A stretch of DNA of 64,000 bases from Candidatus Bathyarchaeota archaeon (GCA_963815095.1 CAWFFH010000003.1:800001-864000), one strand, 5' to 3'; shown: positions 30,397-40,994, counted from the first letter of the stretch. Numbers and translations are program-made. Notes: a model not told the origin generated them from the letters alone.

Positions 30397-30612
30397 TTAC
30401 TTTTCTTTCTTTTCTTCTTTCTCTTTAGGCTTAGAACCGATTTCGACAACTTGAATGCCGATTTGGTATCTTTTTCCGCCTGCGACCATCTTGCCTGTTC
30501 CATAATAGCCTTTGCTGCCTGTTTTGAAATCTTTCTTGTCAAGGATGAAGTTTTGTTTATCGCTACATAACTGTATGGTTGCCATATTTACATCGCTCAT
30601 TTCAAAGTTCAC
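30397..30612 (-). CDS. Small conserved-looking beta-rich hypothetical protein
   Basis: F.TGS.GYY..GK...GKRYQ....VEIGSK pattern; charged tail. Confidence 0.65.
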   Translation of the reverse strand: MNFEMSDVNMATIQLCSDKQNFILDKKDFKTGSKGYYGTGKMVAGGKRYQIGIQVVEIGSKPKEKEEKKEK

Positions 30613-30689
30613 CTAACATTCATCTAATCAATGCGCTGTTGCTTTTCACCTTTTCGCTCTCCAAACAAAGGTCGTTTCTGATTTTCAGA

Positions 30690-31151
30690 TTATTTTCTTA
30701 TTTTCATTATGCCCAAATCTACCGCCAGCATGAAAATGAAAGGTAATGCAAGGTAGAAAAACGCAAAAAACACATTGCCAAACAACAAAGTGAAGGGCTG
30801 AGAAAGAACATTTGGATTGGAAAAGTCAAGTCCAACTACATCAAGCACCCCCAACAAAGCCGAACCAGCCACCGTTAACCCTAAACTTACCATAAACTGC
30901 ATTGTGAGTTTTCTTTCCTTTCCAAACATGACAATTGAAATAATCGCTGACAAAACAAACATCCATGCAAAAGAACAAACAAAAATGGCAGCGCCCGTGT
31001 TTGAATTAATCCAGAAGGCCAATGGTGGAGCAGAAACTGCAAAAGAAGTTGCAACTGTAGTTAAGGCTGATTGAGTAAAAATTTGGTAGCTTACCATTAA
31101 AACCCAAGCTACAACCAAATAAGCAACCTTTTTCGGGATTGACCTAACCAC
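30690..31151 (-). CDS. Hypothetical membrane protein (about 4 TM)
   Basis: Hydrophobic helices throughout. Confidence 0.65.
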   Translation of the reverse strand: MVRSIPKKVAYLVVAWVLMVSYQIFTQSALTTVATSFAVSAPPLAFWINSNTGAAIFVCSFAWMFVLSAIISIVMFGKERKLTMQFMVSLGLTVAGSALLGVLDVVGLDFSNPNVLSQPFTLLFGNVFFAFFYLALPFIFMLAVDLGIMKIRK

Positions 31152-31288
31152 TCAAGCACCAATGACAATAGCGCAAGGATGGTTTTATAACATTTCCCAT
31201 TACAGATGACTATTCTGCCAAAACCATTTCTGGTTAAAAAACTCCCCTACAATTGCTATATGAACGGGATTAAAAGTTGGTGTGGAAT

Positions 31289-31367
31289 TGGTGCGGTCGC
31301 CGGGATTTGAACCCGGGATCATTAGCTTGGAAGGCTAAAGTCCTAAACCAGACTAGACGACGGCCGC
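31289..31367 (-). tRNA. tRNA-Gly (anticodon TCC), intronless, CCA encoded
   Basis: Reverse complement GCGGCCGTCGTCTAGTCTGGTTTAGGACTTTAGCCTTCCAAGCTAATGATCCCGGGTTCAAATCCCGGCGACCGCACCA; anticodon arm TTAGC-CTTCCAA-GCTAA; T-loop GTTCAAATC. Confidence 0.96.
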
Positions 31368-31535
31368 GCATCCTAAGTCCATATTCTCAGGCGTAATTTA
31401 AGTTTATCTGGACTTGAAGATGTTCAAGGGAGAAATGTTCTTTGGTTTTTGTAAAATTTTGAATTTTACAATGGGAAATATGTTTTTGTAGGGAAGCCTA
31501 TATCTTAGTCACGACTATGAATATGGTAGTTTAGG

Positions 31536-31826
31536 TTGGACAAAATGAGTTCAGGAAAGGATAGGCATAAAATTCCCGGCAGCCGAATGAAAATCCTAAC
31601 TAAAGATGCCAAACAAATGGTGAATGGACCTTACTACTGCCCAAAATGCCGAAAAGAACTTTTACAGATATGTGCGAACGTTACAAAGAAGGAAGTGTAC
31701 GCAGTCTGTAAATGCGGGCTTGAGTGGCCATTAACTTACGCGCCTGTTTTTCAACCTGTCGATTACTATAACAAGTTCAGGGATGCCTGGAAAAAACAGA
31801 GCTACGGCATAATTAAACAAAAATAA
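31536..31826 (+). CDS. Elf1-like zinc-ribbon protein (transcription elongation factor family)
   Basis: Y.CPKC...VCKCGL...FQPVDYYNKFRD resembles the Elf1 C-terminal QPVDVY motif. Confidence 0.6.
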   Translation: MDKMSSGKDRHKIPGSRMKILTKDAKQMVNGPYYCPKCRKELLQICANVTKKEVYAVCKCGLEWPLTYAPVFQPVDYYNKFRDAWKKQSYGIIKQK

Positions 31827-31926
31827 CCCCTTATTCTCGCACCACATTTTTCGAGATTTTGGATAGCTTTCAAAACAAATTATCTATAAGCAGGAAACCC
31901 TCCGTACTATAAATGGAGCAAACGCT

Positions 31927-32385
31927 TTGACTGAAGAAAAACTTGACTTCACTCGCAAATTACTTGTCTTGGGAAACCTTGGGCTTCTCGGATGGGTTTT
32001 TCTAGCCTTCTTTAGCGTGTTGTTTTACAATTTTATTTACAGTTGGCTCTACTTAGTTTTCTTAGCCTTCATGATTTATGCGGTTACGCGTCGGATAGGC
32101 TGCAGTAATTGCTACATGTGCAAGGCGTGCACGAGCGGTTTTGGCAGATTAGCAGGGGCTTTTTTTGGAAAAGGGTTCGTTAAGAAGGAAAGTGTCGGCA
32201 ACAGAATCGGATTAGTGGCTTTTGTCTACTTTTTGTTGTTGCCTCTTCCAATTGCCTTGTTGTCTGTTTCGATTTTAGGCTCATTTTCATACCTTAAAGT
32301 GTTGGTGATGGTTTGCCTTTTAGCGGTAGCGGTTTACAGTTTAAGCAGTTGGTTCAACAGTCCAACAGCACCCAAAAAGTTATGA
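31927..32385 (+). CDS. Membrane protein with CxxCxxCxxC loop
   Basis: 4 TM helices; CSNCYMCKAC between TM2 and TM3. Confidence 0.7.
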   Translation: MTEEKLDFTRKLLVLGNLGLLGWVFLAFFSVLFYNFIYSWLYLVFLAFMIYAVTRRIGCSNCYMCKACTSGFGRLAGAFFGKGFVKKESVGNRIGLVAFVYFLLLPLPIALLSVSILGSFSYLKVLVMVCLLAVAVYSLSSWFNSPTAPKKL

Positions 32386-32435
32386 TTTGGGGCAAATTTT
32401 AAACGGTAGACCCAGAACAGTTACCTATCATCGAA

Positions 32436-33578
32436 ATGGTTAAAATGGGCAAACTTTCGCTTAAACAAAGACCAATCAGACTGTTAATTATTCTTATTTT
32501 AGCTCTTATCATATCTGCTCCCATTGTTTTTCCTCACCAAGTCGCTGCGCAAACCAGTGGGTACTATAATAGATCATTTTCGTGGGATTATGACGGAAAA
32601 CATTGGGATTGGAACCTTAGCATTCCACAAAATCCATACGACGCCTACAAGGCGGTTCCAGATTCCACTCGAACACGCGATGGACCCCCAGGTTACGACC
32701 TTATGGTCACGACTCAAGATACCTATGTACAAAACCTTGCTGAAAGGCTGAATGCAACCACATCACAACTCGGATATAATTCATACGATCAAGCAAACTT
32801 TGTTTTAGCTTTTGTCCAAAGTATTCCTTACAACTCAGATCTTAACACAACCGGGCATGAAGAGTACCCTCGATTTCCAATTGAAACTTTAGTGGATCAA
32901 ACTGGAGATTGCGACTGCAAAGCCATACTTTACGTCACATTAATCCTTACGCTAGGCGACGGAGCAGTTTTCATTAATCCAACAGACCATCTAGCTGTCG
33001 GCATATTGGGAAATAACCTTCATGGTACCTACTGGACCCACAACAATCAAACATACTACTATGCTGAAACCACCGGAATAGGATTCACAATTGGACAGTT
33101 GCCTGACGAATTCCAAGGGCAAACCGCTTTTATCTATGATATCGATGAAAGCAAACAATATGTTCCAACTATTGCGGTATCATCACCCGGAGAATCATCT
33201 TTAACCAGTGGACAAAGCATTTCAACGTCGCCTAGGCAAACTTCGGCGCCATTGGGACCCAACACAACCAGCTCGATTTCTCCTAATATCTCTGGACCAA
33301 GCATTCAACCAGTTATGCCACTATCAGTCAACTTAATCGCAAAAGACCCAATCTTGTTCATAGTTATCATATTCGCAATTGTAGTTTCAGTCACTCTTTC
33401 AGTTTGGTCAGTTCGAAGACCAAAGCATCTATCTGTCGAATCCCCCACAATTTCTGAAACGAGCAGTTCACAATCAGATACTCCCATTTTAGAAAGTAAC
33501 AAGTTCTGCATCTTTTGTGGTTCAAACAACAAAGCAATCGCTGCATACTGCGAGAAATGCGGCCAAAAAGTAGCATAA
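32436..33578 (+). CDS. Secreted transglutaminase-like Cys protease domain, TM, cytoplasmic double Zn ribbon
   Basis: FVQSIPY..D, YPRFPIETL...GDCDCKA, HLAVG, YYYAETT; S/T/P linker; FCIFCG...YCEKCG. Confidence 0.8.
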   Translation: MVKMGKLSLKQRPIRLLIILILALIISAPIVFPHQVAAQTSGYYNRSFSWDYDGKHWDWNLSIPQNPYDAYKAVPDSTRTRDGPPGYDLMVTTQDTYVQNLAERLNATTSQLGYNSYDQANFVLAFVQSIPYNSDLNTTGHEEYPRFPIETLVDQTGDCDCKAILYVTLILTLGDGAVFINPTDHLAVGILGNNLHGTYWTHNNQTYYYAETTGIGFTIGQLPDEFQGQTAFIYDIDESKQYVPTIAVSSPGESSLTSGQSISTSPRQTSAPLGPNTTSSISPNISGPSIQPVMPLSVNLIAKDPILFIVIIFAIVVSVTLSVWSVRRPKHLSVESPTISETSSSQSDTPILESNKFCIFCGSNNKAIAAYCEKCGQKVA

Positions 33579-33663
33579 TAACGCATTTCGGATAAGCATC
33601 TTTGATTTCTAAGCTAACTGTGCGTTGTAGCCGCGAACACCCAGTCCCGTAAGCAAATGGTTG

Positions 33664-34323
33664 TTATTGTGGTTTTTCGTCGTTTTTATAAAGTCGCTTT
33701 TGATATTGTGATGATTTGAATTTTAAACCTCTGACTGGCTGACGTGGCATAGCGCGTTGTCGTTCGAGGTTCTTAATTCTTGCATAAAGTTTGGAAACTT
33801 TGGTATTCGATGGAATCCTGGACCTTGGTCCATGAACTGGCACTGGAGTGAACGGTTGGGTGATCTCCAGTTTTTTCTGTTTGGATTTCTTGAATGCCAC
33901 GTTGCGAACTTTCTTGAAGGTTGCGTAACCTTCTTTGAAGTTAACCTCTTGGACTTCCCAGCCTGCATCCAACCAAGCCTTTGCATGAAGGCTCGAAGAC
34001 GTATTGCTCCACCATGTTTGATCTCGATAAGCAGCCATAGGAAGGTTGCTACCGATTAATCCGTCAATACGAGCAAACGTTAGTTTTACGGTATCTGTGA
34101 ATGCAGCTCTAAACTTTAGGTGCCCTTCAAGTCCAGCCCACATTGAAACAGTCCTTGGCGAAACCACCCGTCTAGCGCAATGAAGACAAAGCATCGCATT
34201 TGAGTCGCCGGTTGCAACATCAGGGGTCATACAATCTCGGCAAAACATCTTCTTGCAACGTTGACACTGCCGCATATACGTTGTGCGCATAACTCTGCCG
34301 CAGATTCCGCATTCATCCTTCAT
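33664..34323 (-). CDS. Multi-Cys zinc-finger protein fused to DUF7662-like domain
   Basis: CGIC...CQRCKKMFCRDC...CLHC; LTFARID.LIG..LP...WWSN...AWLDAGWEV; basic C-terminus. Confidence 0.7.
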   Translation of the reverse strand: MKDECGICGRVMRTTYMRQCQRCKKMFCRDCMTPDVATGDSNAMLCLHCARRVVSPRTVSMWAGLEGHLKFRAAFTDTVKLTFARIDGLIGSNLPMAAYRDQTWWSNTSSSLHAKAWLDAGWEVQEVNFKEGYATFKKVRNVAFKKSKQKKLEITQPFTPVPVHGPRSRIPSNTKVSKLYARIKNLERQRAMPRQPVRGLKFKSSQYQKRLYKNDEKPQ

Positions 34324-34383
34324 CGATGAGACACCCTAAAGCGAAACAAGATTGCTTAAATGAAGAATAGTTTTTAGAAGATA

Positions 34384-35925
34384 TTAATTTTCACTCGTTA
34401 AAGCATTATTTTCGTCTTTTAAACCATTGTTTTTTGATATTAACTGTTTTAGGGTGCCTTTGATTTCTTCCCATATTAATCTAAGAAGCTCTCTGGCTTG
34501 GGCATCAATGACAAGCAACATGGCTAGGTAGAGTGCAAAACCCCCAATGGCTTTTGCTACTGTAGAAAGTAGTGTTGAGGTGGTTGGAAGAAGGAAAAGT
34601 ACAATTCCCATAAGTAATGCCGCCAAAATGTATTTGGCTATGCTTTTCCAAGCTACAGAAATCTTAACGGAGTGACGCATAAAATAATAAAGTCCAAGCA
34701 AAGTTGAAATGTGGACAATCATAAGTATCACCACAACATCCACTGTTGCTTGTACTGGGTTAGCCACCGGCAAACTTGTCAAAACGAAATATGTCAATGA
34801 AATAGCAATTGCAGCTTGAATATAGGGAATACTTAAAACTTTAAAGATTTTACTGCGGATAAGTTTGCGGAATACGATTTTTCCTTCAGCGTCGAATGCT
34901 TCTACACCCATTAGACAACTGGTATAAAATGTGTAGACGATAACAATTAATGTATCAACCGTTAATGCGACGAGAACTGGCCAAGCAACACTGTAGGAGA
35001 TTTTTAGAATGGTTAGAAATGACATGGACATAGCCATAGTTATGGTTGCGAAAGGAATGGCTAACATCATTACTGTTCTAAACGAAACACCTACTTGTTC
35101 ATCATTGCAGGTTTTGGCTAAAAGTTTAGGATACAATGCAAATGCCAAAGAATTCGCGTAACTAATTATTACCGTGAAAGTGAGGGCTGCTTGATAGTAA
35201 GCCCTGGCTCCTGAGCCACCGTATAAGAAAAGCAAGATAAAAACAGTGGACATCAATTGTCCACCTATGGCGTTATAGGCAATTGCAGGAGACCCCTTCA
35301 GCCACTCTTTAAGATAACCCCAATGTATTTTTTGTTTAAAGTAGCTCCGTAAAAGATACCCATAAAAAAATACTTGAACCACACAAGAAACAACTAACCC
35401 CAATATGGCGCCAAGGAACAATAGCTTAAAACCCAAAATCAAAACTAAAGCGACAGATACCTTGACTATTTCCTCAATCATCAAACCGTACCCAACGAAT
35501 TGAGGCTTAATACACTGCAGAATGCTTTCGAAAATTGTGATTGAGTAAAAAGTCAAAATATAGAAACCTGCGATAAGATAAATTACCAAGTAACTACTGG
35601 TTCCAATACTTCTCGAAATCAAAACAATAACGGGAAAATAAATTAATGTCGAAGCAAGAGCAATCGTCAACTGTGCTTAAACGCTGGTTTTAACTGCGCC
35701 TTCTTTGCCTCTAGCCACAAATCTGGTTGCCCAGAAGGGCAACACAGGGTTAAAGAGTAAGAAATAACCTGTGTAATCAAAAATATTTGTCCAAATATTA
35801 AACTGGTCAGTACTCATGTTTCTTGTTAAAAGAAGCGTAAAAACAAGCCCAGTGATTAAGCTCAGCACTTGTGTGGTAAACACTATAAATCCGCTGTACC
35901 GGAGCCTAACTTGGTTCGAACTCAA
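34384..35925 (-). pseudogene. MOP-superfamily (oligosaccharide flippase-like) exporter with one in-frame TAA at 35677-35679
   Basis: ORFs 35677..35925 and 34384..35670 are in the same frame (GAVKTSV*AQLTIALAS); about 13 TM helices. Confidence 0.75.
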
Positions 35926-36064
35926 ACGCTTATTCCTGCTGCGTTGAATTAGTTTTCCATTATGCTTTGTTCAACCGTTAAATATAGAATTACCCAAATC
36001 AAACCCAACTGAAAAAAGGGGGAAATCCTAAAATCCTCTTCTATTTGGCTAAAAAAGTGGCATT

Positions 36065-37543
36065 TTATCCTTTTACGACTGCCAACGGAACAAGCCTTGC
36101 AACTTTAGTAGCTATCCCAACTTTGTCGCTTACATCCGCTACTATGTCAACGTTCTTGTATGCTGAATCGGCTTCTTCAGCCAGAACTGACGCACTTGCT
36201 GCACGAACCACGATGCCGCGTTTCTCCAAAGCAGACTTTATATCTCCGCCCCAATATTGACGTTTTGCGGCTGAACGACTCATCATCCTGCCTGCACCGT
36301 GCGCTGTAGAACCGAATGTTAAATCCATCGCTTTCTGCGAACCCACCAGAATCCACGAGCTTGTACCCATACTGCCTGGAATAAGCACTGGTTGCCCTTC
36401 GCTGCGGTAGTCGTCTGGAACATCTGGGTGTCCTGCTGGGAAAGCGCGTGTTGCTCCCTTGCGGTGAACCCAAACCTTCTTTTGAATTCCGTCAATGTTG
36501 TGGGTTTCTGCTTTCGCTATGTTGTGGGCAACGTCGTAGACAAGGTTTAAGCCGAATTTTTCGGGGTCTTGGCCGTAGACTTGCTGGAAACTCTGGCGGA
36601 CCCAATGCATAATCGCCTGTCGATTGGCAAAGGCGTAGTTGACTGCGCAAGCCATCGCCTCAATGTAGTCTTTGGCTTCATTGCTGTTTCCGGGCGCGCA
36701 AGCTAATTCGCGGTCAGGTAAAACGATTTTGTATTTTTGTACGGCGTGCTCCATAACGCGGAGGTAATCTGAGCACACTTGGTGGCCATAACCTCTTGAG
36801 CCACAGTGAATCATAACCGTAACTTGACCCTCATGGGTAATTCCGAAAGCTTTGGCGGTTTTTTGGTTGATGATTTTGTCTACTTTTTGAATTTCGAGGA
36901 AATGGTTTCCTGAGCCTAATGTGCCGATTTGGGTTAAGCCACGGTTTTTCGCGGTGTTAGAAACCTTGTCTGGGTTGGCGTTTTTCATTTGTCCATTTTC
37001 TTCGCAGTGCTTTGCGTCTTCAGACCAGCCTAAACCGCGGTCGATTAGCCATTGTACGCCTTCGGTAACGAGTTTTTCTAGGTCGCTATTGGATATGGTG
37101 AAGTCTTTTCGTTTGCTACCAAGACCTGAGGGAACGTTGCGGAAAATAGCTTCTGCTAAGGGTGCAAGTTTAGGGCGGATATCTTTTTCCGAGAGATTTG
37201 TTGATAGGAGGCGGACACCGCAGTTGATGTCATAGCCGACTCCACCTGGACTTATTACGCCGTTTTCGTAGTCGGTTGCTGCTACTCCGCCAATAGGGAA
37301 CCCGTAACCTTCGTGTCCATCTGGAAGTGTAATTGCATGCTTGTAGATGCCGGGCAACTGGGCAACATTTGAGCATTGCCACAGTGTGCGGTCGGTCTGC
37401 ATCTTCTCGAGTAGCTCTTGATTAGCAAAAATCATGCCTGGAACACGCATCTCTGGCTTGTACTTAGGAATCTGCCACATGTAATCGTTAATTTTTTCTA
37501 AGGGAACTCGCTCTGGAGTGGCTCTGCTTTCATTTTCGCCCAA
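36065..37543 (-). CDS. rtcB: tRNA-splicing ligase RtcB
   Basis: LPDGHEGYGFPIGGV, GVGYDINCG, GTLGSGNHFLE, HCGSRG, HRKGAT, PGSMG, STAHGAGR. Confidence 0.97.
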   Translation of the reverse strand: MGENESRATPERVPLEKINDYMWQIPKYKPEMRVPGMIFANQELLEKMQTDRTLWQCSNVAQLPGIYKHAITLPDGHEGYGFPIGGVAATDYENGVISPGGVGYDINCGVRLLSTNLSEKDIRPKLAPLAEAIFRNVPSGLGSKRKDFTISNSDLEKLVTEGVQWLIDRGLGWSEDAKHCEENGQMKNANPDKVSNTAKNRGLTQIGTLGSGNHFLEIQKVDKIINQKTAKAFGITHEGQVTVMIHCGSRGYGHQVCSDYLRVMEHAVQKYKIVLPDRELACAPGNSNEAKDYIEAMACAVNYAFANRQAIMHWVRQSFQQVYGQDPEKFGLNLVYDVAHNIAKAETHNIDGIQKKVWVHRKGATRAFPAGHPDVPDDYRSEGQPVLIPGSMGTSSWILVGSQKAMDLTFGSTAHGAGRMMSRSAAKRQYWGGDIKSALEKRGIVVRAASASVLAEEADSAYKNVDIVADVSDKVGIATKVARLVPLAVVKG

Positions 37544-37589
37544 AAATCTTCACCTTTCACAACAAAGGATGAAGGAGACTATAAAATGT

Positions 37590-38509
37590 TTATGAACTTT
37601 GCTTTTGTTTGGCGTATCCAATGAAGCCTAATATGCAATTTTCCAGCATAGTCTTCGAGTAGATTCGATTTGACCTAACAAAGTCGGCGATTTGATTCAT
37701 CGCTTTATCTTCAGTAATGATTCGGTCGCGAATCTGTTCTAAACTTTGGTTTTTCCTCACTCCGTCCAAGGCTATGTCTGCCCATAGGTTTAGCTGAACT
37801 TTGTATTCTCTTAGGCGTTTCAATGCATCGTTTGCTTTTCCGAAATGGCTAAAATAGAGCACAGTTGGTTTTAGGCTAATCAGTTTGTCTAAAGAAGCCA
37901 ACGCTGCATCTAAATAGAATGGGGGTGGTGTGGTTGGAACAACAACATCAAATTCAGGAAGATATGTCCCCGCTGCGTCACCAGGAAAAACGCCGTCATT
38001 AAAAGATTCTTGGAAACTCAAGTTATGCGAAGCATGACCAACCGTTTCGGTTACGATTAATTTTTCTCCGGAGCCTAAATCAAAGGAGCCTTCAGTAAGA
38101 GGGATTACTCTATCTTTTGGGACAGGCTCGGGCTTGCCAAAGATTTCGCTCACAAACCCCAAAACTTTTTGTGATGAAGGCCACAGGCGTTCGGGGTCAA
38201 TGAGGTGCGGCATACCTCTCGGATGCACTATGACTTTCGCGTTTGGCAAAGCTTTTAGTAACGTGCCAGCGCCGCCACCGTGGTCAAGGTGCACATGAGT
38301 GACAGCAACATATTCTACATCCTCAAACTTTACATCAAGCTCCTTTAAGCCAGAGAGCAGATTCGGGATGGAATTAGTCGGACCCGCTTCTATAAGAACG
38401 GTCTTTTTGCCTTTGAGAACGTAGCTACATATGAGGTTTCTGAAGCCCCCCGTCTCCAGTTCCACCATGAACAGGTTTTCCTCAACTTCTTTAGTACGCA
38501 CGGTCTGCA
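37590..38509 (-). CDS. Metallo-beta-lactamase fold hydrolase
   Basis: THVHLDHGGG, GHASH, GDAAG, HFG; start uncertain (GTG about 38509). Confidence 0.88.
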
Positions 38510-38620
38510 CCTTTACCTTGTGTTTAAGGGTTTTGTGGCATAAATATTTCCTTGAAAATCGGGCAGGCATAAAATTTAATTATACATTGCTATTGTATGA
38601 AAAGACAATAGGCGAAATCT

Positions 38621-39277
38621 ATGTTGAAAGCGATTATCTTTGGAGCGCCAGGCGCAGGAAAAGGCACATACGCCTCAAGACTCCAAGCCAAACTTGGGGT
38701 TGACGTCATTTCGATGGGAGATATTTTCCGTGAACTTGTTAAAGAAAAATCTGAACTTAGTAGCAAAGTTAAAAGTTACATGGACAAAGGCTCCTTGGTT
38801 CCTGACGACGTTGTTGTTGAAGTTTTAAAGGCTCACTTGGCTAAAATTTCTAAAGGAAAAGGCTTCATCCTGGATGGGTACCCTCGCACTCTTGATCAAG
38901 CAAAAAAACTTGACGGCATAACAAAAATTGATGTCATCATGCAATTGAATGTTCCCGATTGGATAATCATCGAACGCTTGTCAACTCGGCGAATCTGCAA
39001 AAACTGCGGAACAGTTTACAACGTAAAATTCCTAAAACCCAAAGTTGAAGGCGTTTGCGACAAATGCGACGGACCACTCTACCAACGTTCAGACGACAAC
39101 CCTGAAACTATCAAGAACCGACTTAAAGTATACCAAGAGCAAACAACCCCGCTGATTGCATTCTACAAAGAAAAGAATGTTCCATTCATAGAACTTGAAA
39201 CAAAAACCTTAGACCAACCACCGGAACCCATGGTTGAAAAACTGTTTTCGGAACTAAAAAGACTAAAGTTTGCTTAG
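38621..39277 (+). CDS. adk: Adenylate kinase (bacterial-type, Zn-lid)
   Basis: GAPGAGKGT, GFILDGYPR, CKNC...CDKC lid, QRSDD. Confidence 0.95.
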   Translation: MLKAIIFGAPGAGKGTYASRLQAKLGVDVISMGDIFRELVKEKSELSSKVKSYMDKGSLVPDDVVVEVLKAHLAKISKGKGFILDGYPRTLDQAKKLDGITKIDVIMQLNVPDWIIIERLSTRRICKNCGTVYNVKFLKPKVEGVCDKCDGPLYQRSDDNPETIKNRLKVYQEQTTPLIAFYKEKNVPFIELETKTLDQPPEPMVEKLFSELKRLKFA

Positions 39278-39735
39278 ATATCTAAGATAAACTCCAAAAT
39301 CACCCTATCCATCTCTCGAATAATTACCATGAGATGGTAAGTTATGGCTTTAACCGCGACTTTCTGTGGGTGCTTTTGAGGGTCAAATTTTTCTCCCCAA
39401 ATTTTAGCTTTTATCTTAAAGTTCTCGTTTGTCTCTTTCCAACTGGTTATTTGAAATTTTGAATAAAGCATATCTAAGGTTTCTGATTTTACCAGCAAAG
39501 CCTCCAACCAATTGTAGAGAAGCGCATAATGGTCTTCTGCTTCAACTTCAAGCGAATCTTCTTGGGCAGGAACAACCTTTTCAGTGTCTGTGATAGTTTC
39601 AAACATTGAAAGCGCAGCGTTTTCGTAAGCTTCCTGCATCGTTTTGCCGTGTGCCCGAACATAAACATCTGCCGTGTGTTCTAAAAACTCGAATTTTCCA
39701 GCGAATTTATCAGGTTTACTCATGCCTAAGACCAC
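39274..39735 (-). CDS. Archease (RtcB activator)
   Basis: FEFLEHTAD, VKAITYH, FILDI. Confidence 0.93.
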   Translation of the reverse strand: MVLGMSKPDKFAGKFEFLEHTADVYVRAHGKTMQEAYENAALSMFETITDTEKVVPAQEDSLEVEAEDHYALLYNWLEALLVKSETLDMLYSKFQITSWKETNENFKIKAKIWGEKFDPQKHPQKVAVKAITYHLMVIIREMDRVILEFILDI

Positions 39736-39783
39736 TTTAGAATAGAAGAAAGAGAGAATTAAAACAATTGGTAAAGAAAAAAA

Positions 39784-40827
39784 TTAAAAGTATTTAGTAG
39801 CTTTTTTGATGGCTGAGGCTGTCAGTTTAGCGGAGTTTTCGATGTCTTTTAGGCTGAGCATGCCGACGGGGCTATGGATGTATCGTGTTGCGATTGATAT
39901 GTTTCCGCATGGTATGCCTTGGCGTGTGATGGATATTCTTGCTGCGTCTGTGCTGCCAAGTAAGCCTGATTCGAGTTGGAAGGGAATTTTTTCTTCTTCC
40001 GCCGTTTCGATGAGCCACCTCAAAACCTTCGGGTGTGTAATCAAGCCGGAGTCGGAAATTGTGAGTGCGGGACCTTTACCCATCTTTACGCTGGTGTCGA
40101 ATTCTCTTACGCCTGGAACGTCACCTGCGATGGTTACATCTAGGGCTATTGCAAGGTCTGGGTCAACTCCAAACGCTGCTGTTGATGCACCGCGTAAACC
40201 AACTTCTTCTTGGACTGTTCCGACTGCGCACACAGTGCAATCGGTTTGCGTTAGTAGTTTTAGAGTTTCAACCATTACGATGCAGCCGGCACGATTGTCA
40301 AATGCTTTGCCCATCACTACGTCATTGCCAAGTTTGACGTATTTTATATCGAAGGCTATCGGATCGCCGACTGCCACGCCAATATTGGCTGCGGCTTCTT
40401 TGTTTTCTACGCCAACGTCAATGAAGAGATCATCATAGTTCAAGATTTTTTTGCGTTCTTCTTCTTTTTGGATGTGAGGCGGTTTGGACCCAATAATGCC
40501 TGGAAGTTGTCCTTTTTTGGTGTAAAGGGTGACTTTTTGAGCGGGTAGAATGCGGTCGTCTATGCCGCCCATTTTTGAAAATTGTATGAATCCGTCTTTT
40601 GTGATTGTTTTCACCATTAAGCCAACTTCGTCTATGTGAGCAGCTAACATGATTTTTGGTGCTTTGGCTTTGCCTTTTTTGATGGCAATTACGTTCTCCA
40701 TTTTGTCAATTTGGATTTCGTCAGCATAAGGAGTCATGAATTGAACCATCAAGTTTCTAACTTCTTCTTCTCTACCTGTCACTCCACAAGCATTGGAGAG
40801 TTTTTCGAGATTAGTATTTACAGACAA
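39784..40827 (-). CDS. M42 family (TET) aminopeptidase
   Basis: AAHIDEVG, GGID, KAFDNRAG, QEEVGLRGA, STDA, RYIHSP. Confidence 0.93.
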   Translation of the reverse strand: MSVNTNLEKLSNACGVTGREEEVRNLMVQFMTPYADEIQIDKMENVIAIKKGKAKAPKIMLAAHIDEVGLMVKTITKDGFIQFSKMGGIDDRILPAQKVTLYTKKGQLPGIIGSKPPHIQKEEERKKILNYDDLFIDVGVENKEAAANIGVAVGDPIAFDIKYVKLGNDVVMGKAFDNRAGCIVMVETLKLLTQTDCTVCAVGTVQEEVGLRGASTAAFGVDPDLAIALDVTIAGDVPGVREFDTSVKMGKGPALTISDSGLITHPKVLRWLIETAEEEKIPFQLESGLLGSTDAARISITRQGIPCGNISIATRYIHSPVGMLSLKDIENSAKLTASAIKKATKYF

Positions 40828-40994
40828 TCAGGATGCCTTCTTGATTTCAATGGTTAAAGCTCTGAGGACTTGGTTATTAAACAGTTGCGGTTTTAAGATT
40901 GTAAGTTTCGAGTTTCGTTTCTTAGTCTTCATTTAGGGTTTGGATAATTCTTAAATCGTTAAACTGTATTCACAAACAAGGTAAGGTGTAAAAA

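Noticed and set aside
31289-31367. tRNA-Gly as integration site of a mobile element
   Set aside because: No integrase nearby and no duplicate of its 3' end beyond the universal T-loop.
36065-39735. rtcB-archease proximity as a novel system
   Set aside because: Well-established functional and genomic association.
39806-40438. 210-aa + strand ORF and similar long antisense ORFs (e.g. 2788..3300, 44113..44592, 27740..28081)
   Set aside because: They lie wholly opposite well-supported genes and have Ser/Pro-rich shadow-frame composition.
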